64,000 bases of DNA from assembly GCF_002571385.2 (NCBI RefSeq), contig NW_019217883.1:444528-508527 (forward strand). The letters run 5' to 3'. The position numbers and the translations under genes are program-made. This document shows positions 39,801 to 51,594 of the stretch, one piece after another. The notes under the pieces are model-generated. The model searched no databases. It was not told where the DNA came from and saw nothing but the letters and a program-made list of their open reading frames with translations. The stretch comes from Stylophora pistillata. Lineage: Eukaryota. How positions within the stretch are numbered: the stretch's first letter is position 1; each line of letters starts with the position of its first letter.

Positions 39801-42800
39801 NNNNNNNNNNNNNNNNNNNNNNNNNNNNNNNNNNNNNNNNNNNNNNNNNNNNNNNNNNNNNNNNNNNNNNNNNNNNNNNNNNNNNNNNNNNNNNNNNNNN
39901 NNNNNNNNNNNNNNNNNNNNNNNNNNNNNNNNNNNNNNNNNNNNNNNNNNNNNNNNNNNNNNNNNNNNNNNNNNNNNNNNNNNNNNNNNNNNNNNNNNNN
40001 NNNNNNNNNNNNNNNNNNNNNNNNNNNNNNNNNNNNNNNNNNNNNNNNNNNNNNNNNNNNNNNNNNNNNNNNNNNNNNNNNNNNNNNNNNNNNNNNNNNN
40101 NNNNNNNNNNNNNNNNNNNNNNNNNNNNNNNNNNNNNNNNNNNNNNNNNNNNNNNNNNNNNNNNNNNNNNNNNNNNNNNNNNNNNNNNNNNNNNNNNNNN
40201 NNNNNNNNNNNNNNNNNNNNNNNNNNNNNNNNNNNNNNNNNNNNNNNNNNNNNNNNNNNNNNNNNNNNNNNNNNNNNNNNNNNNNNNNNNNNNNNNNNNN
40301 NNNNNNNNNNNNNNNNNNNNNNNNNNNNNNNNNNNNNTTCTTCGCAGTAAACATAATGTTTGGAATCAAACAGCTACCAGAAATCCATTCATACTGGTCA
40401 AAGAATCCTCTCCTTGGCGTTCCGGAGATACAAAAGGTATTTTCAAGAAATCGTTTCAAGAAGATTTCTCAATATCTCCATTTGAACGACAAGAACAGAG
40501 ATTTACCACGTGGTAATGCTAACCACGACAAACTTTTCAAAGTGCGGCCGCTACTCGATTCTGTTGTTTCTTCGATAAGAAGCGAATACAGGCCAAAAAA
40601 AAGTTTCCATCGACGAGGCGATAATTCCCTTTAAAGGAAGGCTCGGAATGAAACAGTACATGCCGCTAAAGCCAGTAAAGAGAGGCATTAAAGTTTGGGA
40701 ATGTGCCGACGCTTCGAATGGCTATGTTTGGAACCTGAGTGTTTACACGGGGAAGGAGCGAGATGCTAACCCGAACAAGGACTTGGATACCGTGTTGTCT
40801 ACAATTAAACACGGCCCTTGGTTGGCAAAAACCAGCATGTTTTTATTGACAACTTCTTTTCTTCGATTGCCTTAGCGGAAAATTTGCTTCGCGACGAAAT
40901 TTATGTTTGTGGAACTGTCCGTTCAAATCGTCATGGCATTCCACGGGAGATCGCTCCAACCACGCAACGAGTGAAACGTCTTCGACAAGGAGAGTCGCTA
41001 TTCCTGCGAAGAGAGAATTTGGTCGTAACTGTGTGGTAAGACAAGAAACCCGTGTATTTCCTCAGCACACAATCTAATCCTGTCGGCGATGAGCGAGTAA
41101 ACCGGACGCAGAAAGATGGAAGTATTGTTGAAGTGCCGAGCGTTCCCGTTGTTAAGTCTTACAACAACAACATGGGCGGTGTTGATCTTAGTGATCAACT
41201 TCGCGGATACTATATGACGGGAAGAAAATCAAAGAAATGGTGGCGCTGCCTTGTTTGGTTTCTCGTTGATGTTTCTATCGTCAATGCACACATTCTGGAG
41301 AGATTATCTCTGAATCACAGAAACAGAACTCAGCTCGCTTTTCGGCTGGAATTGGTCCCAGATTTGATCGGTGACTTTTCGTCACGAAGATTGTCAGTGA
41401 GTTCTGGGCGAATTGAAGGAGGGCACTGGCCGATTTCCTACACCAAAGGCCGCTGCAAGCGTTGCCTAAAGCAGAAGAAAACTACTTGGTGTCGAATGGC
41501 TTGCGAACTTTGCGGCAAACGCATTTGCTTAGACTGCTTTCGAAATCATACCGCAGAGGATCTCGCTTGAACAGTGCCGCGAGATTTGAAATTGCACTTT
41601 GCTAATTTTTGTCATTAAAGAAATTTTTGCCTTTGAAAATCTTAAACATAACATGCTACATGCATTTAGTCCTTAGTTTTACTCGCTTGTATAGTAGAAT
41701 GAGCATGATAAGTGGAATTAAGTAGTTTCTTGCTTATGTAGTTGCTTATCATAAGACAACATGGAGTCAATATGCAAGTTTTTGTTTTGCTCCAATTTGC
41801 AGCTGTGTAGTTCAACAGCATTTTCCTGAAAGGTTGAGATTTTTATACCATTAGAAAGCCTATCATTTTCAGAGTAATGTTTTTCTGTAATGTTTTTGCT
41901 CTAAATTCTTAGTTTACAAGATATGAAATAAAATGTGGAATGATGTTATTTTGGCTTAGTGAAGTCAATTTCCCTCGGACAGGAGGGGGTTTCCCAGCAT
42001 GTGGCACCCTTGGTTAAGACCCGGAGTGTTGGTCCGGCCAGGGCTTGAACCCTCGACCTCCCGCGCAACAGTCCAGCGCTCTATCCATTGAGCTAACCGG
42101 GAGGCGGTTAGCTCAATGGATAGATCCAAGTGCAATCACATATTATCATTGATGTTTATAAGTCTGGTTGGAAGTTTACATGCCAACAATGTTTTCTACT
42201 CACCATGGCAAACAAAGTTCACAGCTTGCAGCACTGGATACAGCATTTCTCTTGATCATCTGGACCCTGAATGTGTTTTGTTGTGTTCCATTTATTTACA
42301 GGTTAATCTGTCAACCCCTGACACCATTGTAATATTTGGAGTCTCAGAGATGGTAATGTTACACTTCAAATTTTCCCTGGTTTAACAATTTTGAAAACAG
42401 TTTATTTTAATTTTATATTATAATAGCCTTAAAAGGTTTGTCTCGGATTTATATGAGGGCCATAACCTGAGTCAGAGGGAAAACTAAACGGTGTTTAAAA
42501 ATCTTTTGATTGAAAGGGAAATTTGAACCACAATAGTAATATATTAAAACATCCTTAATTACTTATGAGGGCTCACGATGGCTCTTTATTAAGTCATGTA
42601 TTAATATTTATCATTTGTACTTGTGTAATTATGCTTTCTTTCTACTTGGAAATATGTAGATGCCAAAGCTCCAAGATAAGTTCCAAGAAGAAATGAAGGA
42701 TGATGCTCAAATACTAGCATGTCGTTTTCCATTACCCAACTGGAAACCAACAGATAAGATTGAGGAAGGAATTGACAGTGTATGGTTGTATCAAAGACCA

Positions 42801-42809
42801 AAACCATGA
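36849..42809 (+). CDS. ATPSCKMT: ATP synthase c-subunit lysine N-methyltransferase (FAM173B-like); exons 36849-37124, 37639-37776, 42302-42352, 42660-42809
   Basis: TM segment, then [21 protein letters not shown] motif [35 protein letters not shown]...VIFGV and ACRFPLPNW...GIDSVWLY. All introns are GT-AG. The paralog ANTKMT/FAM173A is less likely given ALRKICLP. Confidence 0.88.
38076..42013 (+). mobile_element. Decayed piggyBac (PGBD4-like) transposon with TTAA TSDs
   Basis: TTAA at 38072-38075 and 42014-42017, left end CCCTTTCC. Transposase fragments carry DDD motifs [13 protein letters not shown] and GGVDLSDQ, plus a C-terminal Cys-rich domain RCKRC...[16 protein letters not shown]. Frameshifts and an in-frame TAA (~41037) are present. 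Confidence 0.92.
38943..39601. mobile_element. Unclassified insertion inside the piggyBac ORF, with (gactg)n and 15-bp (gactagtaaaacgcg)n subterminal repeats; runs into the gap
   Basis: Transposase homology stops abruptly after KVRPLL at 38942. Tandem repeats lie at 38960-39067. Confidence 0.6.
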
Positions 42810-43480
42810 AAGGGACATTTAGAATAGGATTGATAATTGAAATTGTGAATAAATGGGAAATTAGAGGGGAGATACTTGTCTACTACTTTTTGTAACCAAT
42901 ATAAATTGCAAGACCTGTAGAATTTACCCAGCAGTATGCAAGTTAAAAGTTGAACCTGTGCCACACTTTTTTATGCAGTGTCATTCAAGGATACAGAGTT
43001 GCTGTTTATATTTTAAAATACAACCTCTTAACAATAAAATCTATGCACACAATACTATGCCTGGTTTATTATTCAAGACATAAAAAGACGAAAACACATA
43101 CATGTAATAAATAATATCTTCATTAATATCAGAAAGACAAACATTAAAATGTTAATTCCTTTGCACTTCTTTGACTTGCTTTCATTCAATTACCATTTTC
43201 ATTTTGTGTTTTCACTTTTAATATCACCTCATGTACATAATTTTTATCAGTAATATTACTAAATAAATGTTCAATAAAAAAAAAACAATTACAAGATCAC
43301 TTGTAATACTTCTACAGAGTTAAAAAACTTCAGAAATTACTCAGTGAACTTTTTCTCAGTCAGAACACCACAAAATAGTCAGAACTTAAGTCACTAGTAG
43401 GTCTTTTTAGTACAGCTGGATGTTATGTAGAATATGTTCACTGAATTCCCTTTGGATGCCACAAATCACACACCATTTTT

Positions 43481-46400
43481 TCAGGTGTCAGGTTCATATC
43501 TGGAAAAAGACCAAGCAAAACATAAGTATTGAGATAACCTAAAAGAGTAATTTAACCCTCTACACAGTAACATCAGTATACATATTCTCCATACTGTTCT
43601 CTATCAATTTTCTAAGGTGATGATCAGGACTCAAATGCAATCGGATTCAATAATTAGAAACTTCTTTAGTTGGTGATCATTTCCATTATTCTTTTGACCT
43701 CAATCTGTTATTCAAGGGTGATGTTGTAAGGATTCTTGTTTTGTCCTGTTTCATTAACAATCGATAGATAGTTTATTAATAACCGATTTGCTACCAAAAG
43801 TTGAATTATACGATTATTTACAAGTTTCAAACATTGATAATTACATTAAATAGACTAAATGTATTAAAACAGCAATAAGAACACTAAATATATGTTCTAA
43901 AAAAAAAAACCGTTGTATAAAACCGTTCAAGCCTTAAGGGCATTAAAGGTAATAAAACTTCCGCATATTTCTTAGGTTAAAGGTACATGTGTTACGAGTA
44001 GGAAGAAGTTCATGGAGCTTGTTCTGTTCATTCTGTAAAACATTCTTAAATAGTTTATCAACTAGTTTCTGGCTGCTATCTGAAAGTTTAGTCAGGCCTG
44101 ATTCAGCCAAGGCCTCATTATATGAGTAAAGAGGAAAAATAATGCGCGTAGCCTGCTTTTGTATTTCTTCAAGTTCGTTGGAGGGGTACACAGGAAGGCC
44201 GTCATGGAAGACAGGACATGCATAGTCTATAATCGGACGAACACAAGTGCAGAAAAACTGGACTAACTCACGGGTACCAAGACCAGAGCATTTAAGCTGA
44301 GATAAGCAATACAAGCGCTTTTTAGCTTTTTTAAAAATGGAGTTATGTGACAATTCCATTTCAAATCATTAGAGATGTTAAGGCCTAGTATTTTGGCACT
44401 AGTAGTTAGGTCAATGGGCTTGCCATTAACAACAACTGGATCGAAAGAAGTAGGTTTGTTAGTGTTAAAGTTCACGAGCAGTTCTTTGCATTTGGTCTCG
44501 TTTAGTTGAAACTTATCCTCGGTCGCACGGCTTGCTAGGGTGTCAACAGCAGCTTGAATGTGACTGTCTTGGTTCTTGCTTATCATCTCCGAAAAAATTT
44601 ACTATGGGAGCGCAAAGTTAGTGGGACTAGTATCGAGAAAGCAGCCACTGGCCAAGCTTATAGTAATTACTTGTAACAACATGTTATAGAAAGAAGAGTC
44701 ACATAAACTCACTTGCGTAAACGACTCCGTAAATCTTTAATCTGGTCGTTCTTTGAAGTCAACATCTGCTTCATGTTCTTGTATTGAGTTGTTTCATTAA
44801 ATTTCTTGGTAAGATCCTGAAAACAAGAAAAGCTTTTTGAGTGACATGCTTCTAGCTGTGACATAAACCAGATTCTCTGTTTGGTGTACACAAGGTTAAT
44901 TACCTTTTGTGCTTCTTCTAATTCATGTTGAAGCTTTAGCATCTCATGCTATATAAGAGAAGAAATAAGAAATTAATACAGAAACATTAAGCCACAGTTT
45001 TTTTTTAAATCTAATAAACATACAAATTTGTTAACCCTTGAAACACAAGCAATCATTTTTTTTTATTAGCTTCAGTCAAATTCTAACAGCTAAAATTCAA
45101 TAAATACCAAGACATGAAAATTGGTAAGGAGTAATGGTAAGACAGGGTATATTTAATGCTTCTACCCAGAAGATAATCAGTGGATTACAAGGATTACAAA
45201 GATTGACTCTTCAGTAACATTTCTTAATCATTACGTATAGATAAGGTACACATTTGAATATCTTACCTTACAGTTTGTTAATTCATCATGCAATGATGCA
45301 GAATGAGTAGAGCCCTTTTCTTTTGTCTGTAAGAAAGGAAAAATTAATAAAAAAACTAGTATTAAGTAGAACAAAATTGTTTAGGAACTTCTATAAACAA
45401 TAATCTGAACTTTTTCAAAATGTATCATCATTTTCATCATTACCATTTTCAGATCTAATTTAGTTGCAGCCATCTGTTCCTCTAGGTCAGCAAGTTCTTT
45501 GCCATAACCCTGTGGAAGAAGAATCAGGAACATTGTAATACTGAAAAGTAGAGAAGCCTTAAGTTGCTAATGAAAAGTAAAGGTTAACCCTTCAATGCCC
45601 AGAAGTGATTAACATGTAACTTCTCACCATAATATTCATGTATTAATTATCAAGCAAGGTTATGAGAATACTCAAAACTTATCTGGTAGAATTTTTATCT
45701 TGATCTAGCACCAAATTCTCGTAACTAATTAACAAGGAAACATCTACCAGCTAGAAGGGAGAAATCATCAAATCTTGAGAGTTAAAGGGTTATGGATCAA
45801 ATGGGTATGGTTCATTGACTTGATAAAATATTAATGAGAAGTGATACTGGACAAACCTTAACATTGCCTTTTGCTTTCAAAGCTGCCTGGGTGCTTTCTA
45901 GATCAGCTTGAAGTTTACTTTTTTCTCCAATGGCACTTGTTGCCTGTTAAAAAAAATTGAGACCAAAAAAACCTGTATCAGTTTTTTTATCAGGTTCTGC
46001 TTTGCTTTTGATTACAATTTGTCAAATTATGATTGGGAAAAACAAGACAATAACTACATCAGTCTTGTTTAAATGTCTTCAAAGCAATAACAAATTAAAT
46101 ACAATTGTAAAGATTAAGATTGTTTCAGATTAATTTAGTCAAACCTTTCCCTCCAAAATTTTGATGCGATCTCTGAGCTTTGAATTTTCTTCATTCAACC
46201 GGTTAATTTCCTAGGAAACAAAACATATTGTCAGTGGAGTGAAATGTCCATCATAGTTACTATTGCCCATGAGATAAACCTATATTATGAAAGAGTCTCA
46301 GAAACAAATTATACATGAATTGTACAAAAGATAATATTTTATGAGTGATCAGCACAGACAGGCAACAAGGCTCAAGTAAAAAGGGGCAGCAATATTAACA

Positions 46401-49400
46401 TCAGATAACAATTGTAATCAACCCTAGACATTCAATAAAAACATATTGAATTGTGATGAAGTTAAAAAAAAAATCATATTCCCTTGGAGGCACAACTTAT
46501 AAGATGGTAAGTAGTGAATCAAAGCAATGGCAAATGTGCTTCAAGTCCTCTGCTGCAAAAAGCTTTCTTAAATGCAACCACCTGATTAAGAGCTACAAAA
46601 TAAAATCATGCTATATTAAAACTAAAAGTCTATCCATTTAAAAGTGATGTGTATGAGACGCGATCTTCGCTTTCATATATTCACAAATGTTAAAGTGATG
46701 TGTTTAGAACTAACAATCTGAAGTGAAACACTCCATGTTGTAGTCACCTTTTGCTGATCCCTAATCAGTTCTGTTAAGAGTTCTTTTTCTGACAGTTGTA
46801 AAAGAATCATCTCTACAGCACAGACTTTTATAATCAATCTTAGCAATTATCCACTGTGGATCACTGTATAAACTCCTTTGGCAAATTATCCTCCATGCAT
46901 ATATATGCTACAAATACACAAACTGTTTCCATGGAGTTGTGTGATGCTTGGAACATTAAGAATATCTGATACACAACAGCCATTTGTAATCAATAATTAA
47001 GAGGTTCAAGTGTATTGTGGTTTATGTTTGAGAATAAAAGTCCTAACTAATTTCCTTTTATTAAAGAAAAATGGAAGTATTGGTTGTGCTTATTTAGGAA
47101 GGATTAAACCATATAAATCTGTACTCCACAAAATGAGCCATGAACAGGAAACTCTACATCAAATGGTTAATTTAGGTAAAGGGCATTATTCAATAGTCAA
47201 AGAGCACAGTGAAATCACCAATAATGATGCAGTTTATAAGTATTTCAAAGACAACACAATAAATAAATGATGAATGATTGACAATAAAAAGCTTGTTTAA
47301 TTAATTATTTATAATCAGTTTCAAATTAGACAAAGCCTGATCTCACTAGTAGAAATTAACCCATGATAGAACATTGTGTAATAACTTCTCAAAAATTGAT
47401 GTGGGGACATTCTATGGAGTTATAATATTCATGACTCCATACCAAAACTGAAGTGAAAATCTAGACACTTAGTTAAATGAATCTTCACAAATATGAGTAT
47501 GTTGGAGATGTCAGAAATTGGTTAAATTTTGTAAAGCTGCTACTAATGGAGAACAGTTGTTGAATATTGGCTATAATTAATTGTAAAAAAATGCAAACAA
47601 AATAATCAAAACAGATAATAAAAGTAAGCACTAAATATTTCTTAGTGGTGTAATTTTGATCACATTCACATTCGCAATTATTTACGATGTTACCCCTCTT
47701 CCTCCTCCATTCCTCCTTAATTTCTCTTCTGGGACATCTTTGAATCCCAAGAGAGAAAGATACTGAAAACAATGCTGAGACAAAGAGGGGGGAGGGGTGG
47801 GTAAGGTCTAGAGGAGGGTTTCAGAAAGTAGCAAGGAAGTCCTCCATCCTACGTTCCCCTCAGAGTATCAGCTAATCAATGACAAAGTCTTTCTAAGATT
47901 TATCCTTAAAGGCGACTGTTCAATAAATTAATCAACTTACAATCTGAAGTAATGCTGCCCCTCCTCCTTCATTTAAAGGTTCTAGCTTTGAGGCTTGGGA
48001 CAGTTTAGACAACTTAGTCTGAAGGGAAGAAAAAAAACACAAAAAATGCAAATACTTGAAAGGAATTTAAATGTACTAGTTTCTCAGACTATCATCTGAC
48101 AACAAAAGTATTTCTGATGTTATAAGGAAATTATGGATTATAGTGCAACTGAGACAAGTATATACATTTCATACGGTAGAGCAACAAATACTTGCTATGA
48201 GTGCAAGGATTGACTGTCTTGGGTTCAAGTTATAATAATGGGATTTGTTTAAAGAGCAAGGTCATTGCTGTTATAAACATGACTAAACTACAATTGTCTA
48301 GGAAATAAAATTCATTTCCAGAGGATAAGTAGTCATATTTTTGTTCAACAGACATTTGAAGCTGTTAAGCTATTTTATACCTCCTTTTTTTATCATCTGT
48401 ATTTGTAAATATTCCGTAATTCAGCCTATGGCTGCAAGGTGTTTATAATAAAGTATCTATCTAAGTATCTATCTATCTATCTAAACTTGTACATGAACAT
48501 TCCACAATACTATACCTGTGAGCTTGGTGCACCAGGAGAGAATTCCCTTTCTTCAAACTTTGCAATTTCATTTATTAGCTCTCTGCAACAAAATGCAATC
48601 ATGTGAAAAGCAAATAGCAGACTAAATCTGAAGGTACAGTATAAAATTTGTGAGCAAAAGAGCCACTAAATGAAAAACTCACCTATTTTCCAGTTCTGAT
48701 ATGTCAGCCTGCAGCTTCAAATGCCATTTCTCAGCTTGACTAAACACTTGCCTCAGAAGAAGAACATTAGTGTGTGCAGCATTAATCAGTTCAGATTCAA
48801 CCTCTCCTCTCACCACTGCACAAAGGCCATCTAACATGTCTGTCACTTCATCAAGGGTGTACGTGTCTTCTACAAGTCTGTGTAAACAATAACTCTATGG
48901 TATCAATCCCTTTTTTGGTCCAGGTTAATCACTGGCCAAAGGATAAATTTCAAGGTAGAAGTTAACTAGAAAAAAAAAAAAGCTGAACAGATAAACAATA
49001 TCAATGTATCAAGTTACTAGTGTTCACTGTAGCAATAATTCTTCCTTCTACCCACCCATCCCTCCCCCACTTTCTGAAATCCCATACTGGTGACAAAAGA
49101 CAGCCATAATTTGGATTTGAAGGAAATGGGGTTCTAAATAATACAAATATATATCATAAAAATTATATTCATGGCTATGATTATAGCTTTAAAGGTAAGA
49201 GAAAACCAGCTAATCAAAGAAACAAATCATTCAAATGAAACCAAAAAATAATCCAAATTCAAAATGGCAGGAGATAAGCTAATAAGCTATTTTCAGGTGT
49301 GGTCTTGGACTCCATCCCAGAACTCCATATCATGAGATCTGTGAATGAACCTCTCCACTTTGCTACTTCCTCAAACCCAGACCACTTCACTGATAGAATG

Positions 49401-50062
49401 ACAGCTTGTGGGTGCCGTAACATGTAATCAAATGACACAGTACTGTTTAAATCACACCTGCTGTCTTTTAGTTCCTCAAAAGATGCATCTATTCCCCTGA
49501 GTCTCTGTCCTCGCCCATAACGTGCAAACCTGAGGTAGTTTACGACAATTTGTTGATGATGCTCATTTAATCCAATGTCCTGTGAACAGTGATCAATAAA
49601 ATTGAAGTAAAAAAGTTGCCTTATTAATATTCGTAAGTCATCAAAATGTTGACGACTTCGTTATCTTTGAAGTATTTAGATACCAAAAAAATTAGTCTCA
49701 AGTTAATAATTTCACATGTCATTTTTGTGTCATTATTCAAATAATTTAAATGACATCAAATAAGATTAGTAGGCTCAGTATGCTTAAGCTCATGTGCGAA
49801 ATATTTCACGAAGCCTTGAAGAGACAGACATGTAACTGGAAGTAATCACAAACATGAATAGTAATAATAATAACAGCTATCGGAAAAGCTAGGAGGAGGT
49901 AAATTCGGTTTAAACGCAGTAAGCAAAGCTACCATGACAGAGCTGCAGGATAAATATAAGTATTTGTGATTTGAACATGGGAAGATCAATTTGAGGAAAC
50001 TGATAACAAGTTTAGCGGCCTTAAGCGTGCGGACAACAAAAATCTGAAGACAAACTTACCAT
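43481..50062 (-). CDS. LZTFL1: Leucine zipper transcription factor-like 1 (BBS17)
   Basis: ATG|gtaag micro first coding exon (50060-50062). Exons encode DIGLNEHHQQIVVNYLRFARYGRGQRL, LVEDTYTLDEV...ESELINAAHTNVLLLRQVFSQAEKWHLKLQADISELENR, KLEPLNEGGGAALL, KKFNETTQYKNMKQMLTSKNDQIKDLRSRLRK and YEPDT*. Confidence 0.95.
43800..44590 (-). mobile_element. 5'-truncated non-LTR retrotransposon (CR1/L2-group RT C-terminal region), frameshifted
   Basis: LNETKCKEL...KILGLNISNDLKWNCHI and KKAKKRLYCL...VRPIIDYACPVFH...LEEIQKQATRII are typical RT-downstream motifs. Confidence 0.85.
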
Positions 50063-50194
50063 GATCAACTTAAGATTTTAAAGAAATTGTTTCCTTCTTC
50101 GTCTTATTTTAAATCCAATGTGAGGATATTTTGATTAGAAGAAACAAAACGAGACGAAGATTAATTTCTCTGACAACAAGGACGCGAATGTCCG

Positions 50195-50232
50195 GCAGCC
50201 ATGGCAAACTAATTACCAAGTAACCAGGCTAC
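50195..50232. promoter_or_regulatory. Cluster of X-box (RFX)-like motifs upstream of LZTFL1
   Basis: GCAGCCATGGCAAA, ATTACCAAGTAAC and GTAACCAGGCTAC each differ from the consensus GTNRCC(N0-3)RGYAAC by 1-2 mismatches. Confidence 0.5.
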
Positions 50233-50489
50233 TAACAAAAATACCTGGTTACCAAGCTGTGGATGAAACAATTATTCACCGAAGGGGAGGTGGTTAGTGG
50301 TGGATATTTGCTGAGCCCCGAAGCGACGAGGTCAATACCCACCGCTAACAACCGACACTGAGGCGAATAGTTGTTTTAGCATATACTAAAACAATGAGAT
50401 AATATAATTAATTTGAGTGATTTCTTCACTTAAACACTTAAATAAAGTTGTGTTGTTGTTGTTGTTGTTGTTGTTGTCATGGATTCAAA

Positions 50490-50605
50490 TAGCCTCCTTT
50501 ACACACGTTCTTTGTGTGTCAAATTAAAAATATCTCCCCTGAGGGAAATTCGTTGGGGGAAATATTTTTAATTCGACACACAAAGATCATCTGCAAAGAA
50601 GGCTA
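50490..50605. repeat. Imperfect ~115-bp palindrome (fold-back MITE) inside a larger interspersed repeat (~50265-50965)
   Basis: tagcct...tctttgtgtgtcaaattaaaaatat pairs with atatttttaattcgacacacaaaga...aggcta. Confidence 0.7.
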
Positions 50606-51594
50606 GGATGCAAACCAGGACACCATTTTTTCCCGAGTTGCTAGGAGGTAAAAAGCAAAGGATATTCGGAGTTTGACAAGCCAATCAGAGCACGCCTTCA
50701 ATGCTATCCACCGTTTTAGTATATACTAATGGTGGATATTCACGGAACTGAGAAGTGGCGAGGTAAAAATCCACCACATGTTGACATGTTTTGTTTAGTA
50801 TAGACTATATCATGGAGATGATTTAACATAGATGTTTATTTATTCTTGCAATGATTACAATATTTTCGGGCACAAATCCTGCATGCACAAGCCTTACTCA
50901 AAGGCGAATAGCAAAAAATATTTGGAGTTTGATTTGCCAATCAGAGCACATCTTCAACGCTTTCCACAGCTTGTGCGATATTGGGTGGAAGTGTTCAAAA
51001 TAGGGCAATAGCATCTGAAATCAGACAGTACTACTGTCTTTTCTTGACTCAAACTACTGGCACTGGAATGTGATACATGTATTGGCTAACAAAGAGAAGA
51101 TGCAGTAAATCTATTAACAAGACTTAATATGCAATCAAACCATTTATTATCTCAAAACATTGTCTACTACTTATTGCTAGTTTCGTTCTCTTTAACAATA
51201 ACATTCTCTACACAAATCACAACAGCCTGTTAATGTTACAACTACATCTGTTTGATTGATAAAGGCCAGAGGCCCTGCACTATAATGGACTATCTGTCTT
51301 TTCTTTGACACTGAAACCATTTGGAACTACAAAAAGATTATTATCCACTACTTTAAAAAATTACAAAGTTTCCATGCAATCATTGTCTGTTGCACATTTA
51401 CTCTCTGCTCCAGATAAAGACATGAAAGAGAGTGCTTTATAAACAATAGGTGCAATGAGATACTGTCTGTGGACAAACATTGCAGCATACTTTTGCACTA
51501 AATGGTGGCTTTTGTTTATTTATCCACAGGATGACAGGTTGATACTTCTCTTTTAGGCATGTGCACAGGCTGGTTACCATTACTGTGCACAGGG

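Larger units (their letters stand above)
37789..42108 (-). mobile_element. tRNA-derived SINE, copy 2, split by a piggyBac (segments 37789-38075 and 42014-42108)
   Basis: Rejoining the segments at one TTAA gives ttttaa|gaccc, the same as the uninterrupted site in copy 1 (~12499-12510). Confidence 0.85.

Noticed and set aside
39520-40459. Long ORFs of 276 and 289 aa
   Set aside because: Artefacts of translating the N gap.
38332-41570. Domesticated piggyBac gene or ATPSCKMT-PGBD fusion exon
   Set aside because: The transposase has frameshifts, an internal stop and an insertion.
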